DNA of 32,000 nucleotides from an uncultured bacterium. GTDB lineage: Bacteria; Patescibacteriota; Gracilibacteria; UBA1369; PNNO01. Position numbers and translations under genes: made by a program. The stretch covers positions 870,001-902,000 of the forward strand of contig OY969931.1 of the NCBI GenBank assembly GCA_963704705.1, written 5' to 3'. Below, one piece after another: positions 8,364-16,145 of this stretch (positions within the stretch are counted from its first letter, which is position 1; each line of letters starts with the position of its first letter). Below the pieces are notes generated by a model. It was not told the DNA's origin. It was given only the letters and a program-made list of their open reading frames with translations, and did not search any database.

Positions 8364-9854
8364 ATGGATAAAAAAGTTCTTTTAATAATTTTGGATGGTT
8401 ATGGCGAAGGTAAAAAATATAAAGGCAATGCCGTAACAAATGCTAAAACTCCTTTTATAGATAAACTACGTAAAACATATCCAAAAACACATCTTGATGC
8501 GCATGGACCGGCAGTTGGCTTGCCGCCTGGATTTCAGGGTGGTTCAGAAGTGGGGCATTACACAATTGGGGCAGGTAAAATTGTTTTAGGCGCGATGATG
8601 GCAATTGATAAAACAATCAAAGAAGGAAAACTTGATAAAATTAAAGAAATTGAAGGTGCAATAAAAAATGTAAAAAAGAATAAATCCAAATTACATTTAT
8701 TGGGTATGATTAGTGATTCAGGACTTCACTCAAACTACAATCATTTGTTTGCTTTGCTGAAAATGGCAAAAAAACACAAATTAAAAGAGGTTTATATACA
8801 TATGATTATGGATGGCCGCGATGTACCTGAGAAAAGTGGTGATAAATTTATAAAAAAGTTGAACAGCGAGATAACAAAAATTGGCGTTGGTAAGATTGCA
8901 ACAATGATTGGCAGATATTTTGCTATGGATCGCGACAAGAACTGGAATCGAACACAAAAAGCTTATGATTTAATGACAAAAATGAAAGGAGATGTTGAAG
9001 AAGATGCAATTAAGGCTCTAAAAAAACAATATGCACATAATGTTGAGTCGGATTATTATATTGAACCGGTTGTTTTGGATAAAAAAGGCAAAGTTGAGAA
9101 AAAAGACAGTGTTATTTTCTTTAATTACAGGACTGATCGGGCCGCTCAGATCACAGAAAAATTTATGAAAGGTATTAAACCTTATTTTTGTTGTTTCGGA
9201 CCTTATAGTAAGACTGCAAAAGTTGCCTTCCCTGCTCCGAAACTTAAAACAAATTTGGGACACATACTTTCTAAAAATAATTTTAAACAATTAAGAATAG
9301 CTGAGACTGAAAAATACGCTCATGTTACTTTCTTTTTTAACAGTCAGGAAAAAGAACCATACAAAGGCGAAAACAGAATATTGATTCCAAGTTCAAAAGT
9401 TAAAAGTTATGCGAGTAAACCTGAAATGAGCGCAAAAAAAATAACTGATGCACTTTTAAAAGACTTAAAAATTCACGAATATAAATTTATTGCATTAAAT
9501 TTTGCTAATGGTGACCTTGTTGGCCATTCAGGTAATTATAAAGCTGCTATAAAAGCTGTTGAAACACTTGATGTATGTTTAAGCAGAATAGTTCCGGTAG
9601 CTAAAGAAAAAGGATATACCGTAATTGTTACCGCTGATCACGGTAATGTGGAATATATGATTTATGAAAAAAATGGTGAAGATTGCCCTAGCCATACTTT
9701 AAATCCGGTTATATTTATTTTATGTTCTGATGAATATAAAAAAGCTAAACTTAAGAAAAAAGGTGGACTTTCAAATATTGGACCAACTATACTTGATATC
9801 CTTGGAATTAAAAAACCAACAGACTGGGATGACTCATTAATAATTAAGAAATGA
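8364..9854 (+). CDS. gpmI: 2,3-bisphosphoglycerate-independent phosphoglycerate mutase
   Basis: LIILDGYGEG, QGGSEVGHYTIGAGKIV, MDGRDVPEKSG, TADHGNVE. Confidence 0.93.
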   Translation: MDKKVLLIILDGYGEGKKYKGNAVTNAKTPFIDKLRKTYPKTHLDAHGPAVGLPPGFQGGSEVGHYTIGAGKIVLGAMMAIDKTIKEGKLDKIKEIEGAIKNVKKNKSKLHLLGMISDSGLHSNYNHLFALLKMAKKHKLKEVYIHMIMDGRDVPEKSGDKFIKKLNSEITKIGVGKIATMIGRYFAMDRDKNWNRTQKAYDLMTKMKGDVEEDAIKALKKQYAHNVESDYYIEPVVLDKKGKVEKKDSVIFFNYRTDRAAQITEKFMKGIKPYFCCFGPYSKTAKVAFPAPKLKTNLGHILSKNNFKQLRIAETEKYAHVTFFFNSQEKEPYKGENRILIPSSKVKSYASKPEMSAKKITDALLKDLKIHEYKFIALNFANGDLVGHSGNYKAAIKAVETLDVCLSRIVPVAKEKGYTVIVTADHGNVEYMIYEKNGEDCPSHTLNPVIFILCSDEYKKAKLKKKGGLSNIGPTILDILGIKKPTDWDDSLIIKK

Positions 9855-10930
9855 AAGCAGTAATTTTGGCTGGTGGTGTGGGAAGCCGTTTATGGCCTCT
9901 TAGCCGTCAGAATAAACCAAAGCAATTTCAAAAACTCACAAGTGACTTAACAATGCTACAGGAAACATACGAAAGAGTTAAGTATCTTGGTGATGAAAAC
10001 ATTTATGTAGCAACAAATGAAGATTTTTTTGAAGATATTCTTGCTCAACTACCACAAATTTCACACAATAATATAATTCTTGAGCCCAGTCTTCGCGATA
10101 CAGCAACCTGTATTGGCTATGCAGCGATGAGATTATCGATGGATGCTGATCCGGATGAAGTAATGGCAATTATTTATGCTGATCATCTGGTAAAAGATGC
10201 GCAGCAATTCCGCGAAAAACTTAAAGTTGCTAAAAAAGTTGCACAAGATGAACGCACTCTTAATATAATTGAAGTTAAAGCGCGTTTTCCAAATGTAAAT
10301 CTGGGTTGGGTAAAGGTTGGAAAATCTTTAGAGAGTGTTCACGGACATGAAGTTCAAGAATTCAAAGGATTCACTGAAAAACCAAATCTCGAAAAAGCAA
10401 AAGAATTTATGGCGGACAGTGATTATTTATGGAATACAGGAATGTATGTATGGCGAATTGATACAATTTTGGAAAAATATCAAAAACATTTACCTGATAC
10501 ATACGATAAATTAATGAAAATTAAAAAAGCGATTGGCAGCGATAACGAAGAAGCAGAAGTTCGAAAAAACTACTCTGCATGTGAAAAAATTTCAATCGAC
10601 TACGCAATTATGGAAAAAGTTAAAGAAGATGAAGTTCGTATAATTCCAGCTGAATTCGGATGGAGCGATGTAGGGACATGGGAATCAATCCATGATGAAC
10701 TGGCAATTGATCCAAAAGATAATATTATCCATGGAAATCACATTGGAATTGATACGAATGGCAGTGTAGTGCGCACTGACAATCCAAATAAAATAATAGC
10801 AACAATAGGCTTGGATGACATGGTTATTATTGATACACCTGATGCTTTGCTTGTTTGCCCTAAAAACAGAAGTCAGGATGTAAAAAAGATAGTTGAAAAA
10901 TTGAAGGAAGATAACAAAAAGTATTTATAA
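9851..10930 (+). CDS. manC: Mannose-1-phosphate guanylyltransferase (nucleotidyltransferase domain only)
   Basis: MKAVILAGGVGSRLWPLSRQNKPKQF, DHLVKD, FTEKPN, WNTGMYVW, SIDYAIMEK, FGWSDVGTWES. ATGA overlap with gpmI. Confidence 0.9.
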   Translation: MKAVILAGGVGSRLWPLSRQNKPKQFQKLTSDLTMLQETYERVKYLGDENIYVATNEDFFEDILAQLPQISHNNIILEPSLRDTATCIGYAAMRLSMDADPDEVMAIIYADHLVKDAQQFREKLKVAKKVAQDERTLNIIEVKARFPNVNLGWVKVGKSLESVHGHEVQEFKGFTEKPNLEKAKEFMADSDYLWNTGMYVWRIDTILEKYQKHLPDTYDKLMKIKKAIGSDNEEAEVRKNYSACEKISIDYAIMEKVKEDEVRIIPAEFGWSDVGTWESIHDELAIDPKDNIIHGNHIGIDTNGSVVRTDNPNKIIATIGLDDMVIIDTPDALLVCPKNRSQDVKKIVEKLKEDNKKYL

Positions 10931-10984
10931 CTTCCCATATACCCTATTTTCTAGTATAGTATCCTCCGAATACTAAAACTTTTT

Positions 10985-11407
10985 ATGAATTCTGATCAAA
11001 ATCAACAGCACAAAACGCAAATTAAGCCCAAACCATGGGGTCGTGAGATCTGGTTTGCACAAAATGATAATTATGCGGGAAAAATTCTTGAATTGAAGAA
11101 GGGGCATCGCTATTCTTTGCAGTATCATGAGGAAAAACTGGAAACTCAATATGTTTACAGCGGGCTCGTGAAAATGACTTATGGCACAGATCAGGAAAAT
11201 TTAAAGGAAATTATTTTAAAACCAGGTGACAAATTTGATGTAAATCCTTATACTATCCATCGGGCTGAGGCACTGGAAGATTCAAAGATTTTTGAAGTCT
11301 CAACACCACACTTAACAGATGTTGTTAAACTACATGATGACTATGGCAGATCAGGCAAAGGTAACAATGAGGAGCTCGATGAAAAACTGCATGAGCAAAA
11401 TCAATAA
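10985..11407 (+). CDS. Cupin protein resembling the C-terminal domain of type II mannose-6-phosphate isomerase
   Basis: KPWGREIWFA, KGHRYSLQYHEEKLETQYVYSG, DVNPYTIHRAEA. Confidence 0.8.
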   Translation: MNSDQNQQHKTQIKPKPWGREIWFAQNDNYAGKILELKKGHRYSLQYHEEKLETQYVYSGLVKMTYGTDQENLKEIILKPGDKFDVNPYTIHRAEALEDSKIFEVSTPHLTDVVKLHDDYGRSGKGNNEELDEKLHEQNQ

Positions 11408-11446
11408 TTTATATATTTTTCATACTATTTTTTAAACCCTAATTCC

Positions 11447-14400
11447 ATGAAAGGAAGATCTTTTCTAAAAGTTATAGTTATAATAGTCGTTGCTGTAATT
11501 TTAGGCATTTTTGACTTGCCGCCACAAACAAAAGCCCCAATAGTTGGCTGGGCTCCTGATTTCTTAAAAGACCAGCATGTTCATTTGGGACTTGATCTGC
11601 AAGGCGGAGCTGAACTCGATTATAAAATTGATCTAAGAAAGGTTCCTTTAGAAGATCAAAAATCAATTGTTGAAGGTGTAAAAGAAGTAATTAATAAACG
11701 TGTAAACAGTCTTGGTGTTAGTGAACCAATGATATTTGTTTCAGAAATCGCCGGTGAAAGCCACATAGTTGTTGATTTGGCCGGAGTTAATATTGATGAA
11801 GCAAAAGGTACAATTGGTAAAACAATACAATTAGAATTTAAAGAAAGAAAAACAGAAATTGATCCAAATGAAAAACAAAATATTGAAAACCATGCCAATG
11901 AAATTTTACAGGAAATAACTCCTGATAATTTTGAGGTAATCGGTCAGGAAGAAGAACAAGCTAACCCTGAAGGAGTAACTTATACAAACAATACTGACTT
12001 TGTTTATGAAGACAGAATTAATGATTCAATTGTCTCAAAACTTGCATCAATGGAACCAGGGCAAGTTTACAGAGGAACAATTGAGACAAGTGGTGATCAG
12101 ACATTAAGTCCAACTGGTGAATTAATTGAAATTACCGGCTTGCATATTATTAAATTGAATGAAAAGGAAACTGAAGAACAGACGAAATCTATTGATAAAA
12201 AGGTTAATGTAAGCCATATCTTAGTTGCATATAAAGGTGCTGAAAAAGCTGACCCATCAATAACCAGGACAAAGGAAGAAGCGCAAGCTTTAGCTGAACA
12301 AATACTTCAAGAAATAAAAGACGGTGCTGATTTTACTGAAAAAGCAAAAGAATTGAATGATGATTCTTCCGCTAAAGATTTAGGCGGAATATTAATTAAA
12401 CCAGCCGGAGAAGGTGCATATACTGATAAATTTGAACAAGCAGCACTTAAACTGGAAAACAAAGGTGATCTTACTTTGGTTGAAACAGAATTTGGATTCC
12501 ATATTATTCAGGCGGGTACTATTGTCGGAGCTGATGTCAAAACTGAAACCGTAAATAAATATAAGTATGAAGATATTTTCTTTTCAACTATTCCAAGTGA
12601 ATGGCAGGATACAGGATTAACAGGTGAACACTTTGTTCATGCGGATGTTGCATTTAATCAATTATATGAACCTTACGTTACAATTCAGTTTAATACAGAA
12701 GGTTCAGATCTATTCGCTGAAATTACCGGAAGAAATATTGATAAGCCGCTTGCAATTTTTGTTGGAGGCGAACTGATTTCCGCGCCTACCGTACGAACTA
12801 AAATATCCGGAGGCCAGGCAATAATCGAAGGTAACTTTACAATAGACGAAGCAACTGCGCTGGCTAGAGACCTTAATACAGGTGCGATTCCAGCGCCAAT
12901 TGTTCTTTCGGGCCAGTATACTATTGGTGCTGAACTAGGTGCAGATGCACTCGCAAAGAGTATGTGGGCTGGGTTAATCGGTTTAATTGTCGTTGCTGTT
13001 TACATGACGCTTTATTACAGATTAAAAGGTTTTATCGCTGTAGTTGCGTTAACTATTTACGCAGCAATTTTATTATTCTTAATTCAGAGTTCTTTAAATA
13101 CAATAGTCGCAATAATTATTGCAGTCAGTATGTTCATATATATAATGTTGAACATATTAAATTCCAAGGATAACTCCTGGGAAAAGCTTATAACGTCGGT
13201 GCTGGCTGTATTTGCGCTCTTCTTTATTGTTTACTTACTGGCAAATCCAATTGTTCTTACACTTGCAGGTGTTGCCGGTGTAATACTTTCCATTGGTATG
13301 GCAGTTGATGCCAACGTGCTTATTTTCGAAAGAATTAAAGAAGAAATCAGAGATGGCAGACCACTTGGATCCGCAATTGATATTGGTTTTGATAGAGCCT
13401 GGCAAAGTATCCGTGATTCGAACTTCTCTTCATTAATTACATGTGCGATTCTGTTCTACTTTGGAAGTTCAATTATTCAGGGATTCGCATTTAACCTTGC
13501 TGCAGGTATTTTAGTTTCAATGTTTACAGCAATTACAATTACAAAAGCATTCCTTAAACTTATTGTCGGAACTCCATTTGCACATAACTATTTCTTATTG
13601 GGTGCAAAGCCTACAGATAAAAAGCGAAAAATATTCAATATTATCGGAAATTCAAAAAAATGGCTTGGATTATCTGGAGCTTTGGTTGCTATAGCAATTG
13701 TTTCAATATTTACTTTCGGACTTAAAATGGGTATCGACTTTACAGGAGGTACATTAATGCAGGTGAAATTTGAACAGGAAGTTCAGCAGGAAGATCTTAA
13801 AACAGCACTTGAGGAAATTGGTACTGAGATATATGGAAATGGAATAATGGCAACTGCAAATACAACTGCTAATACAACAGATGGTAGTGGTGACAATACT
13901 GTAATCACTACTGCTGAAGAAACAGTGGTTGATTTCAGTACTGCAAATATAATTCCTGCAGATGAAGGTTATATTATTAAAACCAAATATTTATCAACAG
14001 ATGTACACGATAAGATAATTGAGAAACTTAAAGAAAGATTTGGAAATCTTTCAGAACCAAGATTTACTACTGTTGGACCAACTGTTGGTGAAACAATGCA
14101 AACTAAAGCTATTTTTGCTTTAATAGTTGCGCTTATTGCAATAGTAGTTTATATAGCTTTTGCATTCAGAAGAATCCCAAGAAAAGTTTCTCCATGGAGA
14201 TTCGGTATAAGTGCAATTATCGCTTTGGCACATGATGTAATCATAGTTGTTGGTATTTACGCAATATTAGGTGTTGTGCTTAATGTTGAAGTCGATGCGT
14301 TGTTTATAACCGCACTTCTTACAATACTTGGGTTCTCAGTACACGATACAATTGTTGTATTCGACAGATTACGTGAAAATTTGAAAGACATGGGAAGAGA

Positions 14401-14644
14401 AACAACTTTTGCAGAAGTTGCAAATGCAGCGTTGTCACAAACAATGGCAAGATCATTAAATACTTCTATCTCTACCCTATTCACATTGGTTGCATTATTA
14501 ATATTAGGAAGCACTTCAATATTCTACTTCGTACTTGCATTAGTACTTGGTACTATAGTTGGTACTTATTCATCAATATTTGTAGCCAGCCCGATACTTG
14601 TTTGGTGGAATAATAGAGCAGTAGCAAAAAAAGAGCGTTCGTAA
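11447..14644 (+). CDS. Fused SecD-SecF protein-export membrane protein with an inserted parvulin-type PPIase domain
   Basis: SecD: LGLDLQGGAEL, GGQAIIEGNFT, GMAVDANVLIFERIKEE. SecF: MGIDFTGGTLMQVKF, GFSVHDTIVVFDRLRENL. Insert: NVSHILVAYKG...GGILIKPAGEG...VETEFGFHIIQAG. Confidence 0.94.
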   Translation: MKGRSFLKVIVIIVVAVILGIFDLPPQTKAPIVGWAPDFLKDQHVHLGLDLQGGAELDYKIDLRKVPLEDQKSIVEGVKEVINKRVNSLGVSEPMIFVSEIAGESHIVVDLAGVNIDEAKGTIGKTIQLEFKERKTEIDPNEKQNIENHANEILQEITPDNFEVIGQEEEQANPEGVTYTNNTDFVYEDRINDSIVSKLASMEPGQVYRGTIETSGDQTLSPTGELIEITGLHIIKLNEKETEEQTKSIDKKVNVSHILVAYKGAEKADPSITRTKEEAQALAEQILQEIKDGADFTEKAKELNDDSSAKDLGGILIKPAGEGAYTDKFEQAALKLENKGDLTLVETEFGFHIIQAGTIVGADVKTETVNKYKYEDIFFSTIPSEWQDTGLTGEHFVHADVAFNQLYEPYVTIQFNTEGSDLFAEITGRNIDKPLAIFVGGELISAPTVRTKISGGQAIIEGNFTIDEATALARDLNTGAIPAPIVLSGQYTIGAELGADALAKSMWAGLIGLIVVAVYMTLYYRLKGFIAVVALTIYAAILLFLIQSSLNTIVAIIIAVSMFIYIMLNILNSKDNSWEKLITSVLAVFALFFIVYLLANPIVLTLAGVAGVILSIGMAVDANVLIFERIKEEIRDGRPLGSAIDIGFDRAWQSIRDSNFSSLITCAILFYFGSSIIQGFAFNLAAGILVSMFTAITITKAFLKLIVGTPFAHNYFLLGAKPTDKKRKIFNIIGNSKKWLGLSGALVAIAIVSIFTFGLKMGIDFTGGTLMQVKFEQEVQQEDLKTALEEIGTEIYGNGIMATANTTANTTDGSGDNTVITTAEETVVDFSTANIIPADEGYIIKTKYLSTDVHDKIIEKLKERFGNLSEPRFTTVGPTVGETMQTKAIFALIVALIAIVVYIAFAFRRIPRKVSPWRFGISAIIALAHDVIIVVGIYAILGVVLNVEVDALFITALLTILGFSVHDTIVVFDRLRENLKDMGRETTFAEVANAALSQTMARSLNTSISTLFTLVALLILGSTSIFYFVLALVLGTIVGTYSSIFVASPILVWWNNRAVAKKERS
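12200..12520 (+). other. Parvulin/PpiC rotamase domain inside SecD (approximate boundaries)
   Basis: KVNVSHILVAYKG ... EEAQALAEQILQEIKDGADFTEKAKELNDDSSAKDLGGIL ... FGFHIIQAG. Confidence 0.88.
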
Positions 14645-14675
14645 GTTGATAAAGAGATTTAATAATGATAAAATT

Positions 14676-14700
14676 GCGCAGGTCCATCTAGGATCTGCGC
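14676..14700 (+). terminator. Probable intrinsic terminator downstream of secDF
   Basis: GCGCAGGTCC-ATCTA-GGATCTGCGC, a 10-bp stem with one G-U pair and 5-nt loop, followed by TTTAGTTATT. 32 nt after the secDF stop. Confidence 0.7.
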
Positions 14701-14722
14701 TTTAGTTATTAGCAATTAATAT

Positions 14723-14799
<77 letters not shown>

Positions 14800-14820
14800 C
14801 AATAAATAACAATATTAATC

Positions 14821-15132
14821 ATGGCAGGAGAAATAATCAAAGCAAACAATGTTGAAGAAGCTGAGCAGCAACTAATGGCTATTTACAATGCCAAAAGCAT
14901 CTGGGTTAAACCAATAACACGCGAAGAATATGAATCTTACGATAAAAGCGAGCGTGAAGACAGCGATAACCACTTAAATCTTGATCGTTTAGGAAAAGAC
15001 ACACTTATTGCTGATCTGGCTTATTATAAATTTTTAAAAAACCGCGAGACCGCTTTCAGAATCGATTTGGTTGATCAAACTCAAAAGGTAAAAAAACAAT
15101 TATTCTTTAAGCTTTTGCCTCGGGAGGATTAA
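14821..15132 (+). CDS. Hypothetical protein (103 aa)
   Basis: Complete ORF directly after the tRNA, with charged and globular composition. Confidence 0.65.
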   Translation: MAGEIIKANNVEEAEQQLMAIYNAKSIWVKPITREEYESYDKSEREDSDNHLNLDRLGKDTLIADLAYYKFLKNRETAFRIDLVDQTQKVKKQLFFKLLPRED

Positions 15133-15709
15133 AACTGCGAAGTCCCCTGTGTTTTCTGCCGTTATTATATAAATTGGTGAAAAATCTAAGGCCTTGTTCA
15201 AATTGATTGTAAGTAAAATTATCAAACGAAATACATTCAAGCAATAAATCAAGGATTTCTTCCCATACTTTGTTATATTTACGTTTATTTAAATATAAAA
15301 TTTCACGAATTTCACCTGCTTTACCATTTCTTATTAAGCTTTTTAGTCGTAAAGAATCTTTATTAACAAATTCGTAAATAGCACCATGTGAAACTCCTAT
15401 AAAATCCATTACATATTCCCATACATCATCATATTTTGAGTCCATAATATTAAAAGAATTCCTTAAAAATTCAGGACCTTTATTCACAAATATTTCTTTT
15501 ATATAATCGGCATTCTTTTTAACACAAACTTTCACTGCTTCTTTTTCAAACATTAAGTAATCAAATACTATCTGCCATACCTCTTCATTACCTATATCAA
15601 GCTTTTTCTTGAGTTCTCTTGGACCATTTTCAAGATAAAATTGAAGAATTTTTTTATCAAATTTTTCTATCAATGAAATTATTCGGTTTTTTTGAATTCG
15701 TGATTCCAT
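15107..15709 (-). CDS. Hypothetical alpha-helical repeat protein (200 aa) with ~52-aa internal repeats
   Basis: GPREL..VW, GPEFL..VW and GKAGEI..VW, with VW at residues 44/45, 96/97 and 148/149. Confidence 0.7.
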   Translation of the reverse strand: MESRIQKNRIISLIEKFDKKILQFYLENGPRELKKKLDIGNEEVWQIVFDYLMFEKEAVKVCVKKNADYIKEIFVNKGPEFLRNSFNIMDSKYDDVWEYVMDFIGVSHGAIYEFVNKDSLRLKSLIRNGKAGEIREILYLNKRKYNKVWEEILDLLLECISFDNFTYNQFEQGLRFFTNLYNNGRKHRGLRSFNPPEAKA

Positions 15710-15733
15710 AATTTTAACTTGATTTATTAAAAG

Positions 15734-15753
15734 GAAGTAATTATACTTACTTC
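15734..15753. repeat. Inverted repeat in divergent intergenic region
   Basis: GAAGTAA-TTATAC-TTACTTC, perfect 7-bp arms. Confidence 0.5.
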
Positions 15754-15777
15754 TTGAATTTTGTCAAGTTTATTGGA

Positions 15778-15805
15778 TTGAAAATAAGGATTAGAAGTCT
15801 ATAGT
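15778..15805 (+). promoter_or_regulatory. Putative promoter for the DUF1858 gene
   Basis: TTGAAA (15778-15783), 16-nt spacer, TATAGT (15800-15805). Confidence 0.45.
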
Positions 15806-15841
15806 TTAAATACTTTTTTTTATAAATAAATCATTTAATAT

Positions 15842-16060
15842 ATGCGCAAACATAGAAAAATCAGTAAAGATATGATTATTCTCGAAGTTCTTCAAAAATT
15901 TCCGGAAACTTTCGATATTTTTATGGATCACGAGATCGGTTGTGCTGTTTGTCATGCCGCGGAATTCGAAACAATTGAGGAAGGTTTATCTTCACATGGA
16001 ATTGATGTGGATAAATTTGTAGAGTTACTAAACGATAAAATAGAGCTGGAGAGCAAGTAA
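15842..16060 (+). CDS. DUF1858-type redox disulfide domain protein (72 aa)
   Basis: ISKDMIILEVLQKFPETFDIFMDHEIGCAVCHAAEFETIEEGLSSHGID, with CxxC in the typical position. Confidence 0.85.
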   Translation: MRKHRKISKDMIILEVLQKFPETFDIFMDHEIGCAVCHAAEFETIEEGLSSHGIDVDKFVELLNDKIELESK

Positions 16061-16088
16061 AAATTGTAATTTTAATTCAACTTGAGGG

Positions 16089-16116
16089 TTGACAACATAG
16101 CTATAAATAGTATAAT
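16089..16116 (+). promoter_or_regulatory. Consensus sigma70-type promoter upstream of the RND efflux genes
   Basis: TTGACA (16089-16094), 16-nt spacer, TATAAT (16111-16116). Both hexamers are exact consensus. Confidence 0.8.
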
Positions 16117-16145
16117 AGCGTCTTTTAAATAATGACCAATTAAAT

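Noticed and set aside
6815-10169. Antisense ORFs 6815-7063, 9018-9290 and 9978-10169
   Set aside because: Opposite to conserved TPR, gpmI and manC sequences. No family similarity recognised.
10957-10975. Inverted repeat TAGTAT-CCTCCGA-ATACTA between manC and the cupin gene as a terminator
   Set aside because: The 6-bp AT-rich stem is too weak. The following aaaactttttATG runs into the next start codon, so I mention it only as context.
11478-14514. Nested or antisense ORFs inside secDF (11478-11666, 11656-11898, 12964-13173, 14257-14514)
   Set aside because: All overlap conserved SecDF sequence, so they are shadow ORFs.
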